Shown here one piece after another: positions 1 through 8,340 of a DNA stretch of 32,000 nucleotides. The translations under genes and the position numbers were made by a program. Below the pieces are notes generated by a model. It saw nothing but the letters and a program-made list of their open reading frames with translations. It was not told where the DNA came from and made no database searches. The DNA is from Methanopyrus kandleri AV19. Lineage in GTDB: Archaea; JAADCQ01; Methanopyri; Methanopyrales; Methanopyraceae. The stretch lies in contig NC_003551.1 of the NCBI RefSeq assembly GCF_000007185.1, forward strand, positions 990,001 through 1,022,000, given 5' to 3'. The stretch's first letter is position 1, and each line of letters opens with the position of its first letter.

Positions 1-534
1 CGTGAGCCTCCGAGGTTCGCCGAGATCGACAACCCGAGCCTCGGGGATCGAGTATTTCTGGCGATTTCAGGCCTGGTGGTGGGCATCATGGGGGTCAGTA
101 GGGGCATTTGGGAACTGAGGAACGTCGAACGGGTCCGGGCGGCGCTCGGTCTCCTGAAGAAGGCTGAACGCTACCTCGAAGAAGGTTCGGAGAGGATTCC
201 GGCGAAGTACAACGCCGTGACCTACGCGCTGAGAGCCCTCAGATGTGTGAAGAACGCCGTCGAAATCCTTGAGGAGATGGAAGAGGAACTGGAAAGTCAG
301 GAGCGAGAGCTGAAGGAAAAGGCGAAGGAGAAGGAAAAGGCGGAAAAAGAGGGGGAGGAAGAGAAGGTCGAGAAGCGGGGTAGTTCCGATGTACGAACCG
401 CTGAAAGAAGGGACGGAGCCGGGGACGAGAATAGTGACGACAGGCGTAGTCGTGGGGACGGAACCGCTGACCGTGGACGACGGGAAGAGGATCGTGGAGT
501 GTCCGACGGTGGGGGAAGTGAGGGTTCTGGATGA
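1..534 (+). CDS. Hypothetical protein with a hydrophobic segment and a Glu/Lys-rich coiled coil. The frame is open back to base 1, so it may be 5'-partial.
   Basis: Frame 1 has no stop from base 1 (REPPRFAEIDNPSLGDRVFLAISGLVVGIMGV...) to the TGA at 532-534. The first in-window start is GTG 76. Up to about nt 380 the translation looks protein-like (helical, KEKAKEKEKAEKEGEEEK). The last ~50 codons (RGSSDVRTAERRDGAGDENSDDRRSRGDG...) look like an off-frame read of the frame-2 ORF. Confidence 0.45.
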   Translation, partial: REPPRFAEIDNPSLGDRVFLAISGLVVGIMGVSRGIWELRNVERVRAALGLLKKAERYLEEGSERIPAKYNAVTYALRALRCVKNAVEILEEMEEELESQERELKEKAKEKEKAEKEGEEEKVEKRGSSDVRTAERRDGAGDENSDDRRSRGDGTADRGRREEDRGVSDGGGSEGSG

Positions 535-697
535 GCGCGGTGTGGAAATCGAGGATCCCCCCGAGACAGGTGAGGTAGTACGGGTCTTCGGTTCGATCAC
601 CGAGATCGGTGAGACCGTCAAGGTCGAGCCTCACGCGGTGCAGCGGTTGGGGATAGACCCGGAGTTGTGGAAGGACGTCCGGGAGGCGCTGGGGTAA
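389..697 (+). CDS. Hypothetical beta-rich (possibly OB-like) domain protein. It is either an independent gene overlapping the previous ORF or that ORF's true C-terminal half after a +1 frame change.
   Basis: The 102-aa ORF from ATG 389 has a globular-looking sequence (IVTTGVVVGTEPLTVDDGKRIVECPTVGEVRVLDERGVEIED...VVRVFGSITEIGETVKVEPHAV). Frame 2 is already open from nt 314. It overlaps the frame-1 ORF by 146 nt. Confidence 0.5.
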   Translation: MYEPLKEGTEPGTRIVTTGVVVGTEPLTVDDGKRIVECPTVGEVRVLDERGVEIEDPPETGEVVRVFGSITEIGETVKVEPHAVQRLGIDPELWKDVREALG

Positions 698-700
698 GGG

Positions 701-706
701 TTTATC
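701..706 (+). promoter_or_regulatory. TATA-like box (TTTATC) upstream of the PCNA gene
   Basis: This is the only AT-rich element in the 39-nt spacer. It lies 31-36 nt upstream of GTG 737, which implies a leaderless or very short-leader mRNA. Confidence 0.3.
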
Positions 707-736
707 TTTCACACCCTCGCGCCAGAGTGCATCGGG

Positions 737-1507
737 GTGCTTAAGTTGGTGGAGTTCAGGGCCTACCAGGAGGAGGCTAGGTACTTCAAGTACGCGTTCA
801 ACGCGGCGGGCAAGGTGGTCGAAGAGGCCCCCTTGATCGTGACGGAGAACGGGATCGTGTCCAGGGCGATGGATGCCTCGCATATCGCTATGGCAGTGCT
901 GGAGATGCCCTGGGAGATGTTCGACGAGTACGAGCCCCCGAGCGACGAGCTGATGTACGGTCTCGACATGGAGGAGGTGACCCGGATAGTGCGGCGTGCG
1001 CGGGTTACGGACGAGATCACCCTGGAGGGTGAGGACGAGGAGGAGGTGATAATCAAACTCGGATCCAGCGGCTACGAGCGTGAGTTCAGGCTCCGGAGTA
1101 TCGACATCGATGACATCCCCGACGAGCCCGAGCTGGATTTCGCGGTCGAGGTTACCGTGGTGCCGGACTTCATCCAAGACGCCGTACGGGACGCGGATCT
1201 CGTCAGTGACACGGTCAAGGTCGGGGCGAAGGGTAACACGTTCTACTTCAAGGCCGAAGGAGAGCGTGGTCGCGTGATTCCGAAGGTTCAGGAAGGTGCG
1301 GAAGCGTTACTGACGTTCGAAGTCGAAGAGGATGTCGAGACCGCGTACCCGCTGGACTACCTGAAGGACATGATCCAGGCTGCTCAAGGCGCGGAGAGTG
1401 TTAGGATCAGACTAGGTCAGGACATGCCTTTGGAGCTGACATTCAGGATCGGTCCCGCAGGTGAAGGTAAGTTGACGTTCTACCTCGCGCCGCGAGTGGA
1501 GGAGTGA
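737..1507 (+). CDS. pcn: DNA polymerase sliding clamp (PCNA)
   Basis: 256 aa. The N-terminus (LVEFRAYQEEARYFKYAFNAAGKVVEEAPLIVTENGI) and the two-domain length and acidic pattern are typical of archaeal PCNA. GTG start. Confidence 0.9.
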   Translation: MLKLVEFRAYQEEARYFKYAFNAAGKVVEEAPLIVTENGIVSRAMDASHIAMAVLEMPWEMFDEYEPPSDELMYGLDMEEVTRIVRRARVTDEITLEGEDEEEVIIKLGSSGYEREFRLRSIDIDDIPDEPELDFAVEVTVVPDFIQDAVRDADLVSDTVKVGAKGNTFYFKAEGERGRVIPKVQEGAEALLTFEVEEDVETAYPLDYLKDMIQAAQGAESVRIRLGQDMPLELTFRIGPAGEGKLTFYLAPRVEE

Positions 1508-1570
1508 ACCCTTCCTCCTTCTCGCCAGAATCCCGCATTATCCGGGACAGGACCGTGGCTGGGTGGGGGA

Positions 1571-2038
1571 CTAGCCCCCGTACAAGTACCTGTCGAGGAG
1601 CGCTTTCGGGTACCCTACGTATGGTATCCTGAGAACCACCCTACCGCTGATCTCCTTGGGCCGGATCGGGCACCATGGATCGGGCAACGGGTTGTTGTCT
1701 CCCTTGGTGATGACGCCCTCCGGCGTTTTGGCTATCACCCTGTGAACCACTGGGATCGGTTTCCCAGGCAGCCGGTACACGATGACGTCTCCGACTTTGA
1801 TGTCACGGTACGGGACCCCGACGACCAGGAGCACGTCGCCGACGTTGTAGTACGGGTACATACTCTCGGAGATCACCGTGACCACCGGATCGGGCGTGCC
1901 CAGCACGAATCCGAGCCCGTACCTGAGGCCGTACCCCAGGGCCACTCCTAGGACCACGTAGAAGACCGCGGCTTTCCAGCCCCTGAGTTCTCTTACTTTC
2001 CTCCAAGCCCTCTTGACGTTCAACGCGGACCACCCCAT
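1571..2038 (-). CDS. Signal peptidase I, archaeal/ER (S26B, Sec11) type
   Basis: 155 aa. It has an N-terminal TM helix (AAVFYVVLGVALGYGL), the catalytic Ser box ISESMYP, the His box VVHRVIA and a GDNN box. Confidence 0.85.
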   Translation of the reverse strand: MGWSALNVKRAWRKVRELRGWKAAVFYVVLGVALGYGLRYGLGFVLGTPDPVVTVISESMYPYYNVGDVLLVVGVPYRDIKVGDVIVYRLPGKPIPVVHRVIAKTPEGVITKGDNNPLPDPWCPIRPKEISGRVVLRIPYVGYPKALLDRYLYGG

Positions 2039-2140
2039 AGACCACCGGAACGGGTCGAGAAATAGCCACCGGACCGTGTGAAACCCCTACGTACTGCTCC
2101 ATCGCTGAAACTTTGCCATCTCAAACCTATTTCATAACCG

Positions 2141-2200
2141 ATTTTAATCGAAGATAAGCTTAATATCTCACCCGAAGCTTACCGAAGTGCGGGGGGTGAT
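2141..2200 (+). promoter_or_regulatory. AT-rich divergent promoter region with two TATA-like boxes and a Shine-Dalgarno sequence for radA
   Basis: TTTTAAT lies at 2142-2148 and TTAATAT at 2160-2166. GGGGGGTGAT at 2191-2200 is complementary to an archaeal 16S 3' end and sits just before GTG 2204. CGAAG occurs at 2149, 2173 and 2183, and AAGCTTA at 2157 and 2175. Confidence 0.35.
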
Positions 2201-2203
2201 AAC

Positions 2204-3154
2204 GTGGTCGAGGAAGACGTCGTCGAGATAACCTCCCGCTATCTCCGCAGGGATCCCGATAAAATCGCTGAGATCTACAAAGCCATAGGTATCGAGACAC
2301 TCTCGGACCTCGCTGCGACCGACCCTGCTACAATTTCGGACGCTTTCGGTGTGAAGGAGAGCACAGCCAAGAAGATAATCGCGGACGCCCGCGAGGAAGC
2401 CAGTAAGGGTATCATGGAGGCCAAGACCCTTGCGGACCTCCTAGAGGAAGAGAAGAAGCGTGACGTAATCCCCACGGGTATACAGGGTTTCGACGAGCGG
2501 ATGGGCGGTGGACTACCGACCGGCGTTATCGTCGGTATGTACGGACCGCCAGGTGCCGGTAAGTCACAGTTCGCCACCCAGGTGGCCGCGCACGCCCTTA
2601 AGGAGGGTGAGTCGGTGCTCTACATCGACACCGAGAACGCCTTCCGACCGCAGCGTCTCCTAGAGATCGGTGGGTTCAAGAAGGACGAACTGAAAGAAGT
2701 TTCCGACAGGTTCGTGCTGCGGCGTATCATCGACGCCGCGGCGCTGAGACAGTACTTCGACGAGAAGGAGGGCGAGTTCATCAGCGAAGCCTACGAACTG
2801 ACACCGAAGGTCGTGGTCATCGATTCCATATCACAGCCGTTCCGTCCGTACAGCGCCCGCGATAAGCTACCGGAGCGATCGCGTATGATTGCCCACATCT
2901 TGAACACACTGCTCAAGTACTGCACCGCTTACAACGCCCTCGGCATGGTCACCACTCACGTCCAGGCGAACCCGGACGCTTGGGGTAAGCGCTGGCAAGA
3001 CGTGGCTCCAACGGTGCTCAAGCACATCGCCACGTACCGGTTCAGCATCGACTACAAGGGTAGGACTGAGCGGGTGATCACGCTCGAAGACGCTCCCGAC
3101 AAGCCACCGTTCGAGGTCCAAGTGGAACTCACGGACCGCGGTTTAGTGGGCTAA
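2204..3154 (+). CDS. radA: DNA repair and recombination protein RadA
   Basis: 316 aa. It has an N-terminal HhH-like domain (ETLSDLAATDPATISDAFGVKESTAKKII), a Walker A motif (GPPGAGKSQ), a Walker B-like motif (VVVIDSI) and a RecA-fold core. The length fits full RadA rather than short RadB. Confidence 0.9.
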   Translation: MVEEDVVEITSRYLRRDPDKIAEIYKAIGIETLSDLAATDPATISDAFGVKESTAKKIIADAREEASKGIMEAKTLADLLEEEKKRDVIPTGIQGFDERMGGGLPTGVIVGMYGPPGAGKSQFATQVAAHALKEGESVLYIDTENAFRPQRLLEIGGFKKDELKEVSDRFVLRRIIDAAALRQYFDEKEGEFISEAYELTPKVVVIDSISQPFRPYSARDKLPERSRMIAHILNTLLKYCTAYNALGMVTTHVQANPDAWGKRWQDVAPTVLKHIATYRFSIDYKGRTERVITLEDAPDKPPFEVQVELTDRGLVG

Positions 3155-3237
3155 CTGCGCAACTGTGCGATCCCCGGATGAGGATACAGCCGGGACCCCG
3201 AGGACCGATGCGGAGTGTGGCCGTAGCTGACGGGCCT

Positions 3238-4059
3238 TCACCTCCGCACACGGACCATGAGTCCGTCGCGCGCCACGACGACTACTGGAAACACCTCCCG
3301 AGCCTCCTCCCTCATTCTTTCCGGATCCACTTTCGTGGACAGGTGCGTCAGTACAAGGAGATCGACGCCTGCCTCGCGGGCGACCTCGGCAGCCTCTAAG
3401 TGGGTCGAGTGCAGGTATCTCACGGCTTCCTCATGATCCTCAAAGCACGCTTCATGTACCAATACCTGGCAACCGCGGACGTTCTCAGGATCGGCCGGAC
3501 GACCGTCTCCTTTCACATACACGGATATCTTACCGGGTTTCGTCAACGAGTACGGGCGCTCACCGCGTAAGAGCACTTCACGCCGCTTCGATGGAGGGAC
3601 CCTTCGTATGTACTTCGGATCCGCCTTTCCCGGTATTTTCGGTGTCTCGATCCGATAGTCGACCGTAGGAACCCCGTGTTCTGACTCGTACACCAGCACC
3701 CTGAGGTCACCGATTTCTACTTCGTCTCCCGGATTCACCTCCCGGTACTCGATCACCTCGAGGTCGGAGATGTCCAAAGCGGACTCAGAACCCGCCGTGG
3801 GACCGTAGACTTTCAACCTACGCCCGTGGAGGAGGTCCACGGTGGTCGCGAGTGGTAGGAGGCCCGCGACGTGATCGACGTGGTGGTGGGTGAGCAGCAC
3901 AGCGTCCACATCGTGGATCGTGACACCTTGCTCCATGGCCCGCCGCTGGGTACCCTCTCCGCAGTCGATTAGAAGCTTGGTTCCGGAGAACTCCACCAGC
4001 AGTCCCGGGTGGCTCCGATCCTTCGACGGGACCGCGCCACCCGTTCCCAGGAAGCGCAT
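3238..4059 (-). CDS. rnz: Ribonuclease Z (tRNA 3' endonuclease), metallo-beta-lactamase fold
   Basis: The likely start is ATG 4059 (MRFLGTGGAVPS...). Motifs present are LIDCGEGTQ, the His motif LTHHHVDH, an exosite-like insert, VHEACF and HSTHLEAAEVA...LVLTHLS. The ORF-track extension to 4152 overlaps the upstream gene and looks non-coding. Confidence 0.85.
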   Translation of the reverse strand: MRFLGTGGAVPSKDRSHPGLLVEFSGTKLLIDCGEGTQRRAMEQGVTIHDVDAVLLTHHHVDHVAGLLPLATTVDLLHGRRLKVYGPTAGSESALDISDLEVIEYREVNPGDEVEIGDLRVLVYESEHGVPTVDYRIETPKIPGKADPKYIRRVPPSKRREVLLRGERPYSLTKPGKISVYVKGDGRPADPENVRGCQVLVHEACFEDHEEAVRYLHSTHLEAAEVAREAGVDLLVLTHLSTKVDPERMREEAREVFPVVVVARDGLMVRVRR

Positions 4060-4066
4060 CACCAGC

Positions 4067-5521
4067 TCACGGTCCACGATCCGTCCCCCGGACCTCGGAA
4101 ACCGCCAGCTCGAGGCGGTCGATACCCTCCTCCAGGAACGAGAGCAGTTCATCGATCGTCTCGAAGTTCACCCTACAGGGTCTCGCCATCGCTTTCACGA
4201 TCCGCTCGACGTCTTCCCTCGAAACGCCTCGCCCCTCGTGTGCGAAGAGATGGCGTGCCTTCCGTAGCTCCGAGCACGAGAGTACCTGGATGTACCTCGA
4301 CAAGGGTCCGAACACGTCCTTTTCGACCGCACCCACTTCCAACGCCCCAGACAGGACCTTCTGGGCTACGTGGAGGAACGCGAGGACTGCTCTCCCTTCT
4401 CCTTCCTCTCCTCTCAGTTCCCTCAGTACCGCCTCGATATCCGAGTCGAGCCTATCCTCTACCGCCCCACTCAGCTCCTCGCTCGAACCAAGTAGGTCGG
4501 CGAGTAGGCTGGCGAGCTCTACGGGATCGGACGTGGTGACGCGCTCTCCAGACAACCTCTCGTACAGCAGCATAAAGCAAGCCTGGGTGTAGTTCTCGTA
4601 AAGCATGCTCAATCTCACGATGAAATCCCCGAACTCCCCGCGGATCCATTGGTACCGGGCGTTCTCCAGTACCACCCTCATGTGGTGGATTATCCTTCGT
4701 ATCGGGTCCTTCTCGGCTTCCCTCAGCTTCCTGAGTCTTCTCCGGGCTTCGTGTCTCAGTTCATCCAGATGAGCTGACCGTGTAACCTCGGCGTAGAGCC
4801 GCCGGGCCTCCTCGTAGTTGAAGTTGAGCTCCGAGTCCCGGGCCCTGAGATACACCGGCTCCATCCTGTCTTCGTAGGCGGAGAACCGTTCGGCTATTCC
4901 GGCCGCCACCTCGAACAAACCGTGCTCTATCAGCACACACTTCATGGTTTTCATCGGGAGAATCAGAGGAGACGGCTCCACCTCCACGTTCTCGTCGAGC
5001 ACCCTGAGGGGGTGAAACCTGTCCTCCCATAACGTCGCCCCGATCAAACGTATCGCCCAACCCACGTTCGGGTGCGCGCCGCCCACGTAGGCGTATAGTT
5101 CCGATCGTTTCAGATCCTCCCTGCGGTGTAGGGTCTTCAGGACGTCCTCGATCTCCCGAAACACCTCGAACCGGTCCGGGTCTTTCCTCAGGACCACGGG
5201 GTCTTCGACACGAACGCCCCACTCTTTCTCCGCGTACAAGGAGACGAGCCGAGCACAGTACTCGGTGTCCTCGGGGTGATGGCCGTACTGGTGGTCCAGA
5301 CGGCGGGTTCCCAGCGATATGAGTGTGATCTCCCGCGGATCGTACCCCTCCTCGTAGAGTACGAACCTTATAATCGCGTCCAGCGTCGGGAACGAGGCCT
5401 CACCTAAGGCACTCGGGTCCGACAGCGCCCGCTCGTACAGACGCCGGGACGCCTCGAAGAGGTTTCCACCGCCGACGATCACGTCCCGAGGTCCCGCTGG
5501 AAATAGCACTACGGCCTCCAC
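4067..5521 (-). CDS. CARF-like sensor domain plus C-terminal HEPN (Csx1/Csm6-like) protein, orphan from any cas locus
   Basis: The C-terminal motif LRKARHLFAHEGRGVS has RHLFAH encoded at 4238-4255, matching the RxxxAHxG HEPN signature. The N-terminal ~190 aa alternate beta and alpha elements (VVLFPAG, ITLISLGT, LYAYVGGAHPNVG). The likely start is GTG 5521, preceded by GGGGGA. The ORF-track start at 5683 would overlap the Lhr gene, and that extension is S/T/R/P-rich junk. Confidence 0.6.
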   Translation of the reverse strand: MEAVVLFPAGPRDVIVGGGNLFEASRRLYERALSDPSALGEASFPTLDAIIRFVLYEEGYDPREITLISLGTRRLDHQYGHHPEDTEYCARLVSLYAEKEWGVRVEDPVVLRKDPDRFEVFREIEDVLKTLHRREDLKRSELYAYVGGAHPNVGWAIRLIGATLWEDRFHPLRVLDENVEVEPSPLILPMKTMKCVLIEHGLFEVAAGIAERFSAYEDRMEPVYLRARDSELNFNYEEARRLYAEVTRSAHLDELRHEARRRLRKLREAEKDPIRRIIHHMRVVLENARYQWIRGEFGDFIVRLSMLYENYTQACFMLLYERLSGERVTTSDPVELASLLADLLGSSEELSGAVEDRLDSDIEAVLRELRGEEGEGRAVLAFLHVAQKVLSGALEVGAVEKDVFGPLSRYIQVLSCSELRKARHLFAHEGRGVSREDVERIVKAMARPCRVNFETIDELLSFLEEGIDRLELAVSEVRGTDRGP

Positions 5522-5607
5522 GTAATGTCCCCCGAAGGCAACATGAGTTGTCCGTCGTTCGGCGGTATTGAAGCGTTGCCGTACCGACTCGGCCGGGGTC
5601 GACGGCC

Positions 5608-8340
5608 GTGACCGAAGGGTTTGAGGCGCTACCGGACGACGTACAGAGAGTAGTGTACTCGAGGTTTGATGAACCCACTCCACCCCAACGCGTAGCGATA
5701 CCCGAGATTATGGATGGGAAGAACGTCTTGGTGATAGCCCCCACCAGCTCCGGTAAGACCGAGACCGCGGTATTACCCGTGTTCTCCATGGTACGTGAGC
5801 TCGACGAGCCTGGGATCAAGGCGCTTTACATCACCCCGTTGCGGGCCCTTAACAGGGACATACTGCGAAGGATCCGCTGGTGGGGGGAGAAGCTGGGCCT
5901 CGAGGTTGCGGTGCGTCACGGCGACACCCCGCAGAGCGAGCGGAGGCGTCAGGCGGAGGACCCGCCGGACGTACTGGTCACGACTCCCGAGACCCTCCAG
6001 GCCATACTACCGGGTAAGCGCATGCGTGAGCACCTCTCCCATGTACGTCACGTGATCGTGGATGAAGTTAACGAGCTCGCCCTGGACAAGCGCGGTGTAC
6101 AACTGACGCTCGGACTGGAACGACTCGCCGAGGTGGCTGGTGACTTCCAACGTATCGGCCTCTCCGCCGCCGTGGGCTCGCCCGACCGCGTGGGTAAGTT
6201 CTTGGTCGGCGATCGCGACGTCGAGGTGCTGGAGATCGAGGCCGAGCGTTACCTGGACGTTTCCGTGGCTCATCCGACCGGGCCGCACGAGGTTAAGGAA
6301 CGGCTGGAATTGATCCACGAGCTGGCGAAGGAGCGGGACTCTGTTCTCGTGTTCACCAATACTAGACAGATGGCCGAACTACTCGCGACCCGCCTGAAAA
6401 CGGAGTACGACGACATTGAGGTGGAGATACATCACAGTTCAATATCGAGAGAGAAGCGCATGGAGGTCGAAAAGAGGTTCAAAAAAGGTGAGATCGATGT
6501 CCTCGTGTGCACCAGCTCACTGGAGCTCGGTATAGACATAGGCCACGTGGACTTGGTGGTCCAGTACGGCTCGCCACGTCAAGTAACCCGCCTCGTGCAG
6601 CGAGTGGGACGCGCGGGCCGTCGACGTAAGCGGGCCGAGGGTCTCGTGATAACGTCAAATCCAGACGATCTCGCGGAGGCGGCGGTGATATGTCGTCGGG
6701 CGCTGAAGGGATCCCTGGAACCCACTGAGATCCCGGAAGGTTGCCTGGACGTCCTCGCCCACCAGCTCGTGGGGTTGTGTCTGGACGGGCACCAGGTCAC
6801 CGTGGACTACGCGCTGGAGGTGTTCAGACGGGCTTATCCGTACCGCCATCTCGACGCCGAGACGCTCCGAGAGGTGGCCGAGTTCCTGGACGATATCGAG
6901 GTGCTCCGGGTGCGCGGTGACCGTGTGTACCGGACGAAGGACGCCTGGAAGTACTATTACTCGAACTTGAGCATGATCCCCGACGAGCGACACTACCGGG
7001 TAGTTACGGAGAGCGGCGGACACGTCAGCGTCCTCGACGAGCCGTTCGTCCTCGAGTACCTAAGGCCGGGTATCAAGTTCATCTGCGCCGGTAGGCCGTG
7101 GATCGTGCAGGACGTGGATCACGACCGTTACGAGGTGCTAGTGACGCCGGCCGAGGCCGTGGAAGGCGCCATACCCTCGTGGGTCGGCGAGGAGATCCCG
7201 GTCCCGTACGAGGTGGCGCGCGAGGTGGGGGAAGGGATCGGGCGGGCCGAAGCGGCGCTGGAGGATGGGTTCACCGAGGCCGTCGAGGTCGCGGCCGAAA
7301 CCTTCGGTCTAGGACGCCGCGAGGCCAAGGTACTAGCCGACCTGATCCGTAGGCAGCGGGAGCACTCAGCGGTGCCGCTTCCGGAGAGGCCCGTCATCGA
7401 GGACCTGGGTGGGACCCTGGTGATCCACGTGTACGGTGGTACGAACCCCAACCGCACCCTGGAGAAAGTCCTCGGGACCTTGATCTCGGGACGTCTGGGG
7501 ACGACGGTCAGGACGTACTCGACCCCGTACAAGATCGTGATCTCGGCGGAGAAGCGGGCGGGACTCGACGCGGACCTCCTCATGGAGTGTTTGGAGACGC
7601 TGCCTTCCGACGAACGCGGGTTCCACGCCCTCACGCTCAGAATCGTCGAGAAATCCGAGGTCTTCAAGCGCCGATTGGTGCACGTCCTGAAGCGCTTCGG
7701 TGCGATAGAGCCGGACGCCGACTACAGGGACGTCTCACCGCGACGCCTCCTGAAGGCGTTCAAGGGGACTCCCCCGTACTACGAGACAGTCTCGGAGGTC
7801 GAGCGGGATCTAGACACCTCCGTGGCGTTCCGACTGGTGAAGGAGCTGGAGGAGAAGGCGGAGATCGTCCGGGTGCGCGATCCTTCCCCGTTCGCCGAAC
7901 ACGTGTTGGAGGGACTCGGAGAGGTAGGGCGCGTGACTTCGGGACTCCTGGCCGCGCAGGTCGAGACGCTCAAGCGGGACCTGGAACGACGCAAGCTGTG
8001 GCTCGGCTGCCCGAACTGCGGCTGGCGCGGTCGACGCTCCGTCAAGACCGTTAAGGAGGAGGGTCTCGAATGTCCCGACTGCGGCGCTACGTACCTGGTC
8101 GCTGCCAAGACCGAGGAGGGTCTGGAAAAGCTGCTGAAGGACTCCGAGCGCGCTCGGCGGGTGGCCGATCTGCTCGAGTCATACGGTGCCAAGGCCCTGG
8201 AGGCCCTCGCGGTACCGGGTGTCGGGCCCGAGGCCGCGGCTAAGGTGCTCCGATCGACCGGCGGACGTGAGCCGCACTTCTACCGTGAGCTACTGCAGGA
8301 GCGCCTCCGTTACCTCCGCACCCGTCGGTTCTGGGACTAG
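5608..8340 (+). CDS. lhr: Lhr-type superfamily-2 ATP-dependent helicase with a C-terminal zinc ribbon and HhH
   Basis: 910 aa. Motifs are PTPPQRVAIPEI (Q), APTSSGKTE (I), DEVNE (II), TSSLELGIDIG (V) and QRVGRAGRR (VI). The C-terminal extension carries CPNCG...CPDCG and ALAVPGVGPEAAAKVL. Confidence 0.85.
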   Translation: MTEGFEALPDDVQRVVYSRFDEPTPPQRVAIPEIMDGKNVLVIAPTSSGKTETAVLPVFSMVRELDEPGIKALYITPLRALNRDILRRIRWWGEKLGLEVAVRHGDTPQSERRRQAEDPPDVLVTTPETLQAILPGKRMREHLSHVRHVIVDEVNELALDKRGVQLTLGLERLAEVAGDFQRIGLSAAVGSPDRVGKFLVGDRDVEVLEIEAERYLDVSVAHPTGPHEVKERLELIHELAKERDSVLVFTNTRQMAELLATRLKTEYDDIEVEIHHSSISREKRMEVEKRFKKGEIDVLVCTSSLELGIDIGHVDLVVQYGSPRQVTRLVQRVGRAGRRRKRAEGLVITSNPDDLAEAAVICRRALKGSLEPTEIPEGCLDVLAHQLVGLCLDGHQVTVDYALEVFRRAYPYRHLDAETLREVAEFLDDIEVLRVRGDRVYRTKDAWKYYYSNLSMIPDERHYRVVTESGGHVSVLDEPFVLEYLRPGIKFICAGRPWIVQDVDHDRYEVLVTPAEAVEGAIPSWVGEEIPVPYEVAREVGEGIGRAEAALEDGFTEAVEVAAETFGLGRREAKVLADLIRRQREHSAVPLPERPVIEDLGGTLVIHVYGGTNPNRTLEKVLGTLISGRLGTTVRTYSTPYKIVISAEKRAGLDADLLMECLETLPSDERGFHALTLRIVEKSEVFKRRLVHVLKRFGAIEPDADYRDVSPRRLLKAFKGTPPYYETVSEVERDLDTSVAFRLVKELEEKAEIVRVRDPSPFAEHVLEGLGEVGRVTSGLLAAQVETLKRDLERRKLWLGCPNCGWRGRRSVKTVKEEGLECPDCGATYLVAAKTEEGLEKLLKDSERARRVADLLESYGAKALEALAVPGVGPEAAAKVLRSTGGREPHFYRELLQERLRYLRTRRFWD

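Noticed and set aside
239-1177. 312-aa minus-strand ORF (and the 184-aa ORF at 67-621) running antisense to the upstream ORFs and to PCNA
   Set aside because: Its composition is R/P/H/L/G-rich with no motifs, as expected for a shadow ORF in GC-rich DNA. The opposite strand carries clearly recognisable genes.
4060-4152. N-terminal extension of the RNase Z ORF (MNCSRSWRRVSTASSWRFPRSGGRIVDRELV)
   Set aside because: It overlaps the 3' end of the CARF/HEPN gene and has junk-like composition. The canonical RNase Z N-terminus MRFLGTGG begins at ATG 4059, preceded by GGTG.
5522-5683. N-terminal extension of the CARF/HEPN ORF to GTG 5683
   Set aside because: It would overlap the lhr start by 76 nt. 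Its 54 residues are S/T/R/P-rich and non-globular. GTG 5521 has a GGGGGA ribosome-binding site.
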